Notes: generated from the letters alone by a model not told the origin. Shown: positions 41,045 to 50,624, counted from the first letter of the stretch. The stretch is 64,000 nucleotides of DNA from an uncultured delta proteobacterium (GCA_963808235.1 CAWEEQ010000004.1:1984001-2048000), one strand, 5' to 3'. Numbers and translations: made by a program.

Positions 41045-41098
41045 GCCTCGCCCTGACAGGGAGAGGCCGACGCTCGTCTTCGAGCGGCGGGTGAGGGT
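41045..41098. repeat. CCTCGCCC...GGGAGAGG...GGGTGAGGG REP-like unit
   Basis: GCCTCGCCCTGACAGGGAGAGG...GGGTGAGGGT; shares CCCTGACAGGGAG with 37251. Confidence 0.75.
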
Positions 41099-41173
41099 CC
41101 GAATTCCAAATTCTCTCCGACGATGCTTTACGTTGTCTCGCAACCAAGAACGTCCGCAAGGCCGGTCGGCCCT

Positions 41174-41629
41174 TCAACCTCTTGTAGCGTTCGCGACGTA
41201 TGCCTTCGCCTCTTGGATCTCCTCAAGAGTACCAGAGCCAACGAATGCCGCATTGACTGCATCGTCAACGCCGTCATCTTGACGGGCGGCTGCAGCTGAA
41301 TACCACCTTAGCGCCTCATCACGATCGATCGGGACGCCCTTTCCACGAGAGTAGATGCGGCCGAGTTCGAGTTGCGCACGAAATTCGACTTTCGCTACGG
41401 CCTTATATAGGCGAATGGCTTCGACCAAGTCCTTAGGAATTCCCAGGCCCTCGGCATGCATCCGGGCTAGGTTTGCCACGGCACGCGAGGTGCCCGCTAG
41501 CGACAACAGCCGGAATGCCTCTTTGTAGTCAACGTCAACATCGACCCCATATAAGTAGCAGAGGCCAAGAACGCATTGATCGACGCGGCTGCCGGACTCA
41601 GCTCCTGCGCGTAACTCCCGAATATCCAA
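41174..41629 (-). CDS. Sel1-like repeat protein
   Basis: Three SLR repeats (LGLCYLYG..DYKEA, LARMHAEGLG..DLVEA, LGRIYSRGKG..DRDEALRWY). Confidence 0.8.
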   Translation of the reverse strand: MDIRELRAGAESGSRVDQCVLGLCYLYGVDVDVDYKEAFRLLSLAGTSRAVANLARMHAEGLGIPKDLVEAIRLYKAVAKVEFRAQLELGRIYSRGKGVPIDRDEALRWYSAAAARQDDGVDDAVNAAFVGSGTLEEIQEAKAYVANATRG

Positions 41630-41679
41630 CTTGACAGCGGTTTCGCACGGACATCGACCAAAGGCGTATCGACTACCAC

Positions 41680-41961
41680 CTACCCCCGCTTATAAACCGA
41701 GAACTCCCGCTCCAATTTCGCGACGCGCTCCTGTACCGACGACAGCCTCTGCACGCCAAGGAAAAATTGCACCAGCTCCTCGTGACCGGCCTGACCGCCC
41801 GGACTCATCACCTCGACCAGCTCCTCGATCAGACTCGGGAACTTCTCACTCGGGATGTAATAGTTCGCCCATCCGAAGTTGCAGTGGCGATGCAAAATCT
41901 TCGCGATCGTCTTTTCTAAAAGCTCGCGCCGTCCGCCTGGATGCTCTTGTTCGTCGTTCAC
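41680..41961 (-). CDS. Hypothetical protein
   Basis: 93-aa ORF with GGGGAG RBS and host-like codon usage. Confidence 0.55.
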   Translation of the reverse strand: MNDEQEHPGGRRELLEKTIAKILHRHCNFGWANYYIPSEKFPSLIEELVEVMSPGGQAGHEELVQFFLGVQRLSSVQERVAKLEREFSVYKRG

Positions 41962-42035
41962 TCGATTACTCCCCGAGGGGTTTGCGATTCGCGCCTGTCG
42001 ATTTCGATTTTCATTTTCAACGGGCCGTCAGGCCG

Positions 42036-42947
42036 TCAAGCACCCTTCTTTACCTGAACACCGGGGTTGACGTGCGCCGGCGGCGTGTCTTCAGCCCATA
42101 GAATCTTGTGATAGTCGAAGCGCATGTTCTCGATAATATTGAACTTGACGATTTCGAAATAGGGTGACAAGTCGAAATCGCGCGGCGTTATCAACGTCGG
42201 CGAAACCATCTTGAGCACCCCATATTGCAGGGCCCCGGTCTTCGCGTGGATCGGCCACAGCTTGCGGCGGGGCGGCTCGACCGTCTCGGGCGGCAACTGC
42301 TCGTAGTTCGGCACGATCGGAAAGCGCACCCGATGGAACGACGATGCGATCACACTCGAGCATATGACGCGGGTCGGCTCTCCGCTGCCGAACTGCAAGG
42401 CTTGTCGGCGAAAGCGCGCGGGCACCAGGCTGACCGGCAGAAAATAGCGCGCGAGATCGATCACGTTGCGCAAGTCGTAAGTATCGCCGACGCTGCGAAT
42501 CGCCTCGTCCATCACTTCGGCCAGGTCCGCCGACGATAGGTTGAACGGGCGGCATACGCGGATATTGAAATCGCGATACTTGCTGAGCGGCGAGAGCACC
42601 ACGCCCGCCTCGACGATCGCCTCGACGACCAGGAAGTTGGCTTCCTCACCGAACTGTGCGACCAGCGGCGCCTTGAGCTGCGGATTGCGCCGAATCGGCT
42701 CGTCGCCGACGTATATCGCCGAATGCGACCACGAACTCTGGGTCAGGTACTTGATACATTCGCTGATCCGCTCGTTTCCTTCTACCAGGATAACGTCGCC
42801 CTTGCGTATATGACGCTTCAGCGCCGCAATGTCGTTCGGGATATGCAGCGCATAACTTTTTATCGGCTTGGTGAGCAGACCGATGGCGTAGTCGCTCATC
42901 CGGTCCAACAGCCGCGAAAAGATGCCCGATTTACCCTTCCGAGCCAT
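42036..42947 (-). CDS. Permuted NlpC/P60 papain-like protein (YiiX/YebB-like)
   Basis: GDVILV, SWSHSAIYVG (His first), YD and ICSSVIA (Cys later), ITPRDFD. Confidence 0.8.
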   Translation of the reverse strand: MARKGKSGIFSRLLDRMSDYAIGLLTKPIKSYALHIPNDIAALKRHIRKGDVILVEGNERISECIKYLTQSSWSHSAIYVGDEPIRRNPQLKAPLVAQFGEEANFLVVEAIVEAGVVLSPLSKYRDFNIRVCRPFNLSSADLAEVMDEAIRSVGDTYDLRNVIDLARYFLPVSLVPARFRRQALQFGSGEPTRVICSSVIASSFHRVRFPIVPNYEQLPPETVEPPRRKLWPIHAKTGALQYGVLKMVSPTLITPRDFDLSPYFEIVKFNIIENMRFDYHKILWAEDTPPAHVNPGVQVKKGA

Positions 42948-43064
42948 TTAAGCCTGGCGAATCCCCCAACGCCGCGAATTCCAGCCCTACTTATTGACTA
43001 TAAGGAGCGCCGAAGGCTTGAGACAAGTCACCTCCGCCGCGCCCGTGGTCTTTCCTGATTCTGA

Positions 43065-43220
43065 GTGCACGGGCGTCCCTGCCCGTGATTGAACTGAACC
43101 AGCGCGAAATTCGGAAAGCTTTCCAGCGGCCGAGAGCAAAATGGCGTTCGCGCTCTGTGGGCTGCTTTGCGATTGAATGGACACTGGGTGCAGGGGTCAC
43201 CCCTGCCGCCCCGCGCAGCG
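43065..43220. repeat. Second copy of the REP-98 nt-GGGTGCAGGGG composite element
   Basis: GCACGGGCGTCCCTGCCCGTG (ending 43087) and GGGTGCAGGGGTCACCCCTGCCG (43186-43208); same spacing as the 37.3-kb copy. Confidence 0.85.
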
Positions 43221-43275
43221 GTCTGAATCCTAACGGGGAGGATGATTGTGTTTAACGGCTTAACGGCCGCGGCGA

Positions 43276-43698
43276 TCAGCGCCGTTGAAACGAGTAAGTC
43301 CTTGGCGCGTGCGTCTTAAGGTATTCGCGAAGCGAATCTATACCCCGGTCACGAACGGTCCGTTTCCAACCACTCGCGGTCTTCTCTTCGATCCACCATT
43401 GGCTGGCGCCAAGCCTGATATAGACGACGATGTTTGTTCCGACCTCGGCGCTGCCGCGACCGCCGAAATGGCTCAAGCGCAACCCGAACTCTTCAAAGAG
43501 GTCGTCGAAGTATCTCCAGTTCGCGCGAAATACGTGCGCTGGCGAGGGGTCAGGAACTTCCTTGGCCTTGATCGCGTAGCGCTCCATCAGGATCTTCTCC
43601 AAACGGTACGCAGTCGCTTTCTCTGCCGGCAGGGCTCCCTTATCGGAGCTGACCTTGCGCAGCAGCGCGATCTTTCGCAGCGCGTCCTCGACTGTCAT
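43276..43698 (-). CDS. Hypothetical protein with a DUF2786-like N-terminal helical hairpin
   Basis: DALRKIALLRK...GALPAEKATA...LMERYAI; G-rich RBS before ATG at 43698. Confidence 0.55.
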   Translation of the reverse strand: MTVEDALRKIALLRKVSSDKGALPAEKATAYRLEKILMERYAIKAKEVPDPSPAHVFRANWRYFDDLFEEFGLRLSHFGGRGSAEVGTNIVVYIRLGASQWWIEEKTASGWKRTVRDRGIDSLREYLKTHAPRTYSFQRR

Positions 43699-43897
43699 CG
43701 AATCCCCCCGAACTTGAGCAAACAACCTATTTATATCATCGATTTCAGTCAAGAATCACGTCAAACATCTTAATAACAAATGTAAACAGAGGATTTTCGG
43801 TCAGCCTTCGAAAAGGTTCCGCAATTCGATCCTGTCCAGTATCGCGAAAACGTGATTATCAGGCGCCAAAAGCGCTTTCTCATTCCAGATTATTCCA

Positions 43898-44190
43898 GTG
43901 GCACAGGCGTCCCAGCCCGTGATTGTTGACCAGACCTCGCGCAAGATCTCGGACTCACGCCGATCAATCATCCTGACCTGCGCTCGCGATGCGAGCGCAG
44001 CGGAAGGACCTCGGACTTCACGCCGATTCCGTCATCCCGACCGAAGCTCGCAATGCGAGCGCAGTGGAGGGACCTCGGACAGCTTCGCGTACGCGAAGCC
44101 GGTTCCGGTTCCTAGTCGCCGCATCCAATCTTGTCGTCCTGAACGAAGTAAAATGCCCGGAGCCTGCCCTGAGTATTCCCGAAGGGCGAA
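43898..44190. repeat. REP cluster: GTGG-type REP, ~63-bp tandem duplication of a TCATCC..GACC unit, and a GCCCTGAG..CGAAGGG unit
   Basis: GTGGCACAGGCGTCCCAGCCCGTG 43898-43921; CTCGGAC at 43948, 44010 and 44074 delimits the duplicated units; GGAGCCTGCCCTGAGTATTCCCGAAGGG 44159-44186. Confidence 0.8.
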
Positions 44191-44348
44191 GCGATGCTCT
44201 TGCGCCAACCGATCCGCGCGCGGTGAACCGCTTTGGCCGCGAGGCGACATTGGCGGACCCATCGGTTAAGGTTTTGAGTCTCTGAGTGTGAAACCACTAC
44301 CCTGAAACTCGGGTTAGCGTACATTCAACTCAGAAACGCAGAGGGAAC

Positions 44349-44513
44349 ATGCAGATCACGCTTGGAACCAAAGAGCAAGAAATTATGAATTTCTTGCACG
44401 AGCGCATATTCGATCCGATACTTCAATCTCAATCGGCTTCCGAAAACCTGAAGCAAGGCGTCCGCCTCTCCAGTAACCTAACGGGCGAGGTAACTCACAC
44501 CCACCCCTTCTAA
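44349..44513 (+). pseudogene. Short low-GC ORF, probably a gene truncated by fusion to the repeat element
   Basis: GAGGGA RBS; MQITLGTKEQEIMNFLHERIFDPILQSQSASENLKQGVRL, after which the sequence is repeat-derived from about 44462. Confidence 0.5.
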
Positions 44514-44637
44514 CAGGCGCCCTTCGGCTTCGCTCAGGGTAAACTCCGCGCCGCATTTTTCATTTAACACTGGGTGCAGGGGTCACCCCTGCCGAAGGAA
44601 GTGTGAAACCCAGCGCGGGTTTCACATTAAAATTAAG
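44461..44637. repeat. Composite multi-hairpin repeat element, copy 2 (inverted relative to 20672-20841)
   Basis: Reverse complement aligns from CTTAATT through CCTGTTAGAA and TACCTCGCCCGTTA..GGAGAGGCGG; carries an extra ~28-bp insert at 44520-44547. Confidence 0.85.
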
Positions 44638-45069
44638 CTCCTCTCTTTCACCTCAGTGCCATTAGCAACGCGAATCTACCGGATCGCCACGAAAGTTCAG
44701 GGATGAACTGTTCAGCCTTACCCAAACCGAGACCCGGTGGCATTCTTCACGATGTGTGGCTTGATGCCACCAATCCGCGTCGTCAGACCTGTGATGTTGC
44801 CAAAGCGAATGCAGACTTTAAGAGAAACCCGAAGAGAACCACGCAGAGAACTAGGAAAGACTTCGGCTCGCGTACCGGCGCCGCAGCTACATCCGGCAAC
44901 GAATTGTCCCCACGACGCTCATTCACGATTCCGGATGGAAAGCGCTGGCGCACAAGGGGTTGCAGATGCGCCAAGCGCCGATCGCGCCAAGATGGCAAGT
45001 AACGGCAAGGAGGCCGTTTCTGCCCCAAAACCTGGGATCCCTTTTTCTTCGTCCAAGTCGATCGGGCGT

Positions 45070-46134
45070 TCAGCTCGTCGTGTATTGGCCCACGATCGCG
45101 TAGAACGGCAGGATGATCGTCGCCTGGTCCGGGTCGTCGGTCTTGATCGTCAATTGACCGTGGAGCTGGCCGTCGGGAGTGCCGCGCCGGAGCATCACGG
45201 TCAGCTTGTATTCTTTGCCCGCTGCGACCGGCTCCGCCGATGCGACCACGGACGGAGTGCTGCTCTTCACGTCGAGCACTTTCACCGGATGAGCCCCCGC
45301 GTTGCTGAGCTTCACGAGGCGCACGATATCCTGACCGCGCGGAACGAGCCCGAACGAAACCTGCACCGGATCGACATTCAAGTCGCCGGTCACGGTGCCG
45401 AACACGTCGACATTCAGCGGCACCCGATTGGTCGTCACTTTGATCGTATCGTCGAACGCCCCGAGCGGCATCGTCTTCAGCAACGAGACTTTGAGCAGCG
45501 CACCCGGCTTTCCGTCGGTGCGCTTTTCCTGAACCACCTTGATCGAGGAGTTCGAGTTGCTGATCGGGCCGACCTGGAACGGTCCGTTGCCCATCAGATC
45601 GTTGATCACAATCTCCTTGGTGCCCTCGCTGCCCTTGCGCACGGTGCCGAACGAGACTTCGTTGGGCGACGCTTCGACCTGCTTCTTGATGACGCCCTGC
45701 ATCGTCATCGTGACGTCGGCATTCTTGGGATCGTTGGTGAAGGCGGTGATCGTGCGGACCTGATGCCCCTTCTGAAAGCGGGTGTCGAAGGAGACCGTTA
45801 TCTGGCTGTCGTCGCCGGGCGCAACATGCGACTTCGACGGGCTGCCGATCGTACAGCCGCACGAGGTTTTGACGCCGCGGATATCCAGGTAGCCCTGGCC
45901 GGCGTTCTTGATCGTGAAGACGTGATGGACCGTCGTGCCTTCGAGCGCGGTGCCGAAGTCGTAGAGCGGAACCGCGACGACTGCCTTGGGCGCGTGTCCC
46001 GCAGGGGCGGCGTCGCCGCCAGGAATCATCGGATTGATCCCATCTTCCGCGAACGTCGGCGCGGCGAGGGGCATCAGCGCAAACAGAGCAATCGCAAGCA
46101 CAGCAAATATGAGTGCGGTAGTTAGTCGTCGCAT
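45070..46134 (-). CDS. DUF1573-domain exported protein with tandem Ig-like domains
   Basis: Signal peptide; YDFG...HVFTIKNAG...TSCGCT, TNDP, repeated VSFG modules. Confidence 0.82.
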   Translation of the reverse strand: MRRLTTALIFAVLAIALFALMPLAAPTFAEDGINPMIPGGDAAPAGHAPKAVVAVPLYDFGTALEGTTVHHVFTIKNAGQGYLDIRGVKTSCGCTIGSPSKSHVAPGDDSQITVSFDTRFQKGHQVRTITAFTNDPKNADVTMTMQGVIKKQVEASPNEVSFGTVRKGSEGTKEIVINDLMGNGPFQVGPISNSNSSIKVVQEKRTDGKPGALLKVSLLKTMPLGAFDDTIKVTTNRVPLNVDVFGTVTGDLNVDPVQVSFGLVPRGQDIVRLVKLSNAGAHPVKVLDVKSSTPSVVASAEPVAAGKEYKLTVMLRRGTPDGQLHGQLTIKTDDPDQATIILPFYAIVGQYTTS

Positions 46135-46224
46135 TTGTCTAGATTGAGTACACCTTCAGGTTTCAGTTCGACGATGTTGGCGCGCGGCCACCTACACTAT
46201 CAAGCATGGCGCGGAGCGTTGCGG

Positions 46225-47616
46225 TCAAGAGGCTTTGCTGATCGGCGATGCGGCCGCGGGATGGGCTTCTCTTTCCTTCGGCTCATAGCGGCGCAGGAAG
46301 TCGGTCGCGAACTCGCCGCGATTGAAATCGGGATCGTGCAGAATCTTCAGATGCAACGGGATGTTGGTCTTGATGCCGTCGATCACGTACTCGCGCAGCG
46401 CCGCCTTGGCGCGTGCGATCACCTCGGGCCGGGTCTCGGCGTGCACGATCAGTTTTGCGATCAGCGGATCGTACTGCACCGGCACGCGGTAGCCGTCGTA
46501 GAGCGCGGTCTCGACGCGAACCCCGAGTCCCCCGGGCGTATGATGATTGCTCACGACGCCGGGCGACGGAATGCCGCGCTCGGGATCCTCGGCGTAGATG
46601 CGGAATTCCATCGAGGCGCCCTTGAACGTCACCTGCCGCTGCTTCAGCGCGAGCGGCTCGCCCATCGCCATCGCGATACTTTCCTTCACCAGATCGACTC
46701 CGGTGACCATCTCGGTCACGCCGTGCTCGACCTGGATCCGGGTATTCATTTCGATGAAGTAAAACTCGCCGCCTGGCGCGAGCAGGAATTCGACCGTGCC
46801 GACGTTCGAGTAGCCGACCACGTTCGCGGCGCGAACCGCCGCCTTGCCCATCTTCTCGCGCAGCCGCGCGGTCAGAATCGGACACGGAGATTCCTCGATC
46901 ACTTTCTGATGGCGGCGCTGAATCGAACAGTCGCGTTCGCCAAGATGAATCGCCTGGCGATGATTGTCGGCAAGAATCTGAAACTCCACGTGGCGCGCGC
47001 GCTCGAGATATTTTTCGAGATACATCTTGCGCGAGCTGAACGACGACTCGGATTCCCCCTGCGCCAGCGCGAACAAATGCGCCAACTCGTTCGCGTCGCG
47101 CACGATGCGCATACCTTTGCCGCCGCCACCGGCCGCCGCCTTGATCAAGACCGGGTAGCCCAATCGTTTCGCGTCAACCTGCGCCTCGCGAAGCTCCGTC
47201 ACGCCAGTGCCCTCACTGCCGGGCAGCACGGGAACTCCGGCGCGCTTCATGATGCGGCGGGCGCGCGGCTTGTCGCCCATCAATCTTATGTGACGCGCGC
47301 GCGGACCGACGAAGCTCAGCCCCGAGCGCTGGCACGCTTCGGCGAAGTCACCGTTTTCCGAAAGGAAGCCGTAGCCGGGATGGACCGCGTCAGCGCCGAA
47401 GGTGGTCGCGGCGCTCAGAATCGCCGGGATGTTGAGATAGCTGTCTTCCGCGGCGGGCGGCCCGATACATACGGATTCATCCGCCATGCGGACGTGCAGG
47501 GCGTCTTTGTCGGCGGTCGAAAATACCGCGACTGTCGAGATTCCCAACTCGCGGCATGCACGGATAATGCGGATGGCGATTGTGCCGCGATTCGCTACCA
47601 GCAGTTTCTTGAACAT
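46225..47616 (-). CDS. accC: Acetyl-CoA carboxylase biotin carboxylase
   Basis: ANRG, HPGYGFLSEN, GGGGKGMR, RDCSIQRRHQK, EMNTRIQVEH. Confidence 0.96.
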   Translation of the reverse strand: MFKKLLVANRGTIAIRIIRACRELGISTVAVFSTADKDALHVRMADESVCIGPPAAEDSYLNIPAILSAATTFGADAVHPGYGFLSENGDFAEACQRSGLSFVGPRARHIRLMGDKPRARRIMKRAGVPVLPGSEGTGVTELREAQVDAKRLGYPVLIKAAAGGGGKGMRIVRDANELAHLFALAQGESESSFSSRKMYLEKYLERARHVEFQILADNHRQAIHLGERDCSIQRRHQKVIEESPCPILTARLREKMGKAAVRAANVVGYSNVGTVEFLLAPGGEFYFIEMNTRIQVEHGVTEMVTGVDLVKESIAMAMGEPLALKQRQVTFKGASMEFRIYAEDPERGIPSPGVVSNHHTPGGLGVRVETALYDGYRVPVQYDPLIAKLIVHAETRPEVIARAKAALREYVIDGIKTNIPLHLKILHDPDFNRGEFATDFLRRYEPKEREAHPAAASPISKAS

Positions 47617-47625
47617 CGACTTTCT

Positions 47626-48117
47626 CTACGCCACTTCGATTATCATCAGCGGCTGGCCGTATTCGATCGGGTTGCCGTTCTCGGCGAGGATTCGGATCAC
47701 CCGTCCGGCCGCGGGCGACTCGATCTCATTCATCATCTTCATCGCTTCGATTATGCAAAGCGGCTGGCCCTTGCGAATCGAGCTTCCCTCTTCGACGAAC
47801 GGAGCGGCGTCGGGCGATGCGGCCCGATAGAAAGTGCCGACCATCGGGCTTTCGATCAACTTCTGATTCGGCTCGAGATCGATCTTGCCGGCAGCCTTCG
47901 CTCCGTCCTCAGTGGTCGCCTCGACGTGCCGCGAGGCCATCTTGATCGAGGTGGCCACTCGCGCCGGCATGTGCTCGGCGGAGGAGGTCTCTTCAAACGA
48001 CGCGCGCGCGCCGCCGCGCACCAGGCGCACCTTGCCCTTCTTGTCCTCGATCTCGAGTTCCACGAGCCCGTAGTCTCGCATGAGGACAAGCAGGGTTTTG
48101 ATTTCGCGAACTTCCAT
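47626..48117 (-). CDS. accB: Biotin carboxyl carrier protein
   Basis: [26 protein letters not shown]; between aroQ and accC. Confidence 0.95.
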   Translation of the reverse strand: MEVREIKTLLVLMRDYGLVELEIEDKKGKVRLVRGGARASFEETSSAEHMPARVATSIKMASRHVEATTEDGAKAAGKIDLEPNQKLIESPMVGTFYRAASPDAAPFVEEGSSIRKGQPLCIIEAMKMMNEIESPAAGRVIRILAENGNPIEYGQPLMIIEVA

Positions 48118-48180
48118 CTGGTCTCCGTGCTTTCTGAGGATGCCGGATCGCCGGGTTGCCTGATCGCTGCTGGACATCGG

Positions 48181-48699
48181 TTAGTCGCTCCGTCGCCGCG
48201 AAGATTCGACGAGCGTGCGCGCCGCCCGGAGCGCAAGGCTGTAGCTCTCTGCGCCAAAGCCCATGATCCGGCCGTGCGCAACATCCGCGATTGTCGAATG
48301 ATGACGAAATGCCTCACGCCGATACACGTTGGACAGATGGACCTCGATCACCGGGATATCGACCGCCAGGATCGCATCGCGAATCGCGACGCTGGTATGC
48401 GTGTAGGCGCCGGGATTCAACAGCAATACGTCGGTGTTGCCGCGCGCTTTCTGGATTCGATCTACGATAGCGCCCTCGCCGTTGGACTGGAACGTCTCGA
48501 CTTTCATTTCCAGCTCGCGTCCCAAAGCTTTAAGTTCCTTGTCGATATCCTTGAGGCGGGTGCGGCCGTAAACTTCGGGCTCGCGCTCTCCGAGCAGATT
48601 GAGATTGGGTCCGTGAACCACGAGCACCGCGATCGGATTGCTCGCGCCTGTTTTTCGGGGCCGGCCAGCCGACTGCGGGTCAATCGCCCTCTTCACCAT
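48181..48699 (-). CDS. aroQ: Type II 3-dehydroquinate dehydratase
   Basis: HGPNLNLLGEREPEVYG, QSNGEG, NPGAYTHTS, EVHLSN. Confidence 0.95.
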   Translation of the reverse strand: MVKRAIDPQSAGRPRKTGASNPIAVLVVHGPNLNLLGEREPEVYGRTRLKDIDKELKALGRELEMKVETFQSNGEGAIVDRIQKARGNTDVLLLNPGAYTHTSVAIRDAILAVDIPVIEVHLSNVYRREAFRHHSTIADVAHGRIMGFGAESYSLALRAARTLVESSRRRSD

Positions 48700-48777
48700 C
48701 CCCACACTGCTCCTATTGGTCATTGAACCGCACCGGTAATGCGACTGCAAGCGGGCAAGTACACGAGCGTCCACCGC

Positions 48778-49677
48778 TTAGTCATCGGCGGAATCGTCAT
48801 CTTCGCGCGATTTAAGGACGTTCTGATAGACTTCGCGACGCCCACGGCCGGTCAATCTAGCCACGACTGCGCTCGCTTGCTTCAGACTGAGGCCCGCCTC
48901 GCGCAGGGCTTCAACCGCGATTCGGACTTCAACGGTGACTGGCGCGTCGTCGCTCGCGGTCGGAGTTGTGGCGGTCAGACCCTCGACGATAATCGTAATT
49001 TCGCCGAGCGCGGGCTTCGCGCCAAAGCGGCGTTCGAGATCGGAGAGCGTCCCGCGAACTGTCTCCTCGTAGGTCTTGGAAATTTCGCGGACCACCGCGG
49101 CCGACCTCGAATCGCCGAAGGCAGAGACCATTGCAGCGAGGGTATCGGCGAGGCGGCGCGGGGCCTCATAGAAGATCATCGTGCGCGCTTCGTCGCGAAG
49201 ATCGTCCAAAGCGCGGCGCCTCGGCGCGTCGCGGGCCGGCAAAAATCCTTCGAAGGTGAATCGATTGGTGGGAAGGCCCGAGACCGAGAGCGCCGCGATC
49301 GCAGCCGATGCTCCCGGAATCGCGACAACGCGGATGCCGGCTTCCAGAGCGGCGCGCACGATGCGGAAGCCGGGGTCGGAAATCGCGGGAGTGCCCGCAT
49401 CGGTGACCAGCGCGATCTTCCCGCCCGCGACCATGCGCTCGATCAGTTCAGGCACACGCCGTTCCTCGTTATGCTCAAAATAACTGATCGTCGGGGTGCG
49501 AATCTGATGGCTCGCGAGCATCTGACCGGTGCGCCGAGTGTCTTCGCATGCGATCAAATCGGCGTCGGTGAGAGTGCGAATCGCGCGGGCGGAAATGTCG
49601 TCGGGATTACCAATTGGAGTTGCGACTACATACAACACGCCGGGCTCGGTAGTTTGTGAATTTGAGTGCCGGGACAT
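48778..49677 (-). CDS. rsmI: 16S rRNA C1402 2'-O-methyltransferase
   Basis: VATPIGN, ACEDTR, DAGTPAISDPG, FEGFLP, YEAPRR. Confidence 0.95.
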   Translation of the reverse strand: MSRHSNSQTTEPGVLYVVATPIGNPDDISARAIRTLTDADLIACEDTRRTGQMLASHQIRTPTISYFEHNEERRVPELIERMVAGGKIALVTDAGTPAISDPGFRIVRAALEAGIRVVAIPGASAAIAALSVSGLPTNRFTFEGFLPARDAPRRRALDDLRDEARTMIFYEAPRRLADTLAAMVSAFGDSRSAAVVREISKTYEETVRGTLSDLERRFGAKPALGEITIIVEGLTATTPTASDDAPVTVEVRIAVEALREAGLSLKQASAVVARLTGRGRREVYQNVLKSREDDDSADD

Positions 49678-49689
49678 TAGAATAGCTAG

Positions 49690-50592
49690 TTGGAGCCGAT
49701 AGTCACTATTGACGATGGAGCGAGACTGGTGGCCGAAGGCAAAGCGACTCTACTCATTTCATGCATCGATCGTCCGGGTATAATCGCCCGCGTCGCCGGC
49801 CATCTGTTTGACCTGGGCTGCAATATTATCACGTCCGACCAATACTCCGACGACGAAGACGGACATTTCTTCTGGCGAATTCATTTCGAGAGCCTGCGCC
49901 TGCCGATCGCCGAGTTCTCGAAGGAGCTCGACGCCTCGATACTTTCGCTGATGCCGTGGGAGCATTTGAGCTGGCATCTTTTTGACGTGGCCAAGCGGGA
50001 TCGCGTGGTCGTGATGGCATCGCGGCTGCCTCATTGCATGATCGATCTGCTGAGCCGCCATCATGTTGGCGAACTCGACGGCGATATCGTGGGCGTCATC
50101 AGCAATCATCCGGACCTCGAATCGCTGGCGCGCCCATTCGAGGTGCCGTTCACCGTGATTCCGGTGTTGAAGGATCGGAAATCGGAAGCCGAGACTGCGC
50201 TCTTGAAGCGGCTACATGAACTCGATGCGGACACGATCGTGCTCGCGCGCTACATGCAGGTCTTGTCGGGGGAATTTCTGCGCGCGTGGACCAAGCCGAT
50301 CGTGAACATTCATCACAGTTTTCTGCCGGCTTTCGCCGGTCAGCGGCCGCATAAGCAGGCGCACGATCGCGGCGTGAAGCTGATCGGGGCGACCGCACAC
50401 TACGTGACCGAGGAACTCGACGCGGGACCGATAATCGCGCAAGCGACCGCACCGATGACGCATCGCGACACCGTCGCCGACCTCGCGCGCAAGGGCAAGG
50501 ATCTCGAAGTGATGGTATTGGCAAAGGCAGTGCGCGCGCACCTCAAGAAGCAGGTGCTGCTCCATCACAACCGCACGATCGTGTTCGAATGA
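49690..50592 (+). CDS. purU: Formyltetrahydrofolate deformylase
   Basis: ACT domain (DRPGII), VLARYMQVLS, NIHHSFLPAF, GVKLIGATAH, LDAGPII. Confidence 0.95.
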   Translation: MEPIVTIDDGARLVAEGKATLLISCIDRPGIIARVAGHLFDLGCNIITSDQYSDDEDGHFFWRIHFESLRLPIAEFSKELDASILSLMPWEHLSWHLFDVAKRDRVVVMASRLPHCMIDLLSRHHVGELDGDIVGVISNHPDLESLARPFEVPFTVIPVLKDRKSEAETALLKRLHELDADTIVLARYMQVLSGEFLRAWTKPIVNIHHSFLPAFAGQRPHKQAHDRGVKLIGATAHYVTEELDAGPIIAQATAPMTHRDTVADLARKGKDLEVMVLAKAVRAHLKKQVLLHHNRTIVFE

Positions 50593-50624
50593 AGCTCGTT
50601 AACTGGTTAACTGGTTAACGACGC

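Noticed and set aside
43948-44080. Possible CRISPR mini-array
   Set aside because: The whole unit is duplicated, with no unique spacers, and no cas genes are present
44505-44640. Possible integron attC site (TTCTAAC overlapping a stop codon)
   Set aside because: No matching GTTRRRY end forming an attC stem, no integrase, and the sequence is explained by the composite repeat
44640-45060. tmRNA, RNase P, SRP, 6S or riboswitch in the long intergenic region
   Set aside because: No diagnostic conserved motifs recognised by eye; an Rfam scan would be needed to exclude them fully
46135-48726. 863-aa plus-strand ORF
   Set aside because: Antisense shadow of accC/accB/aroQ with no motifs; typical of high-GC codon bias
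50598-50619. GTTAACTG repeated nearly three times between purU and nuoN
   Set aside because: Short slippage-type tandem repeat at convergent gene ends; no further support for function
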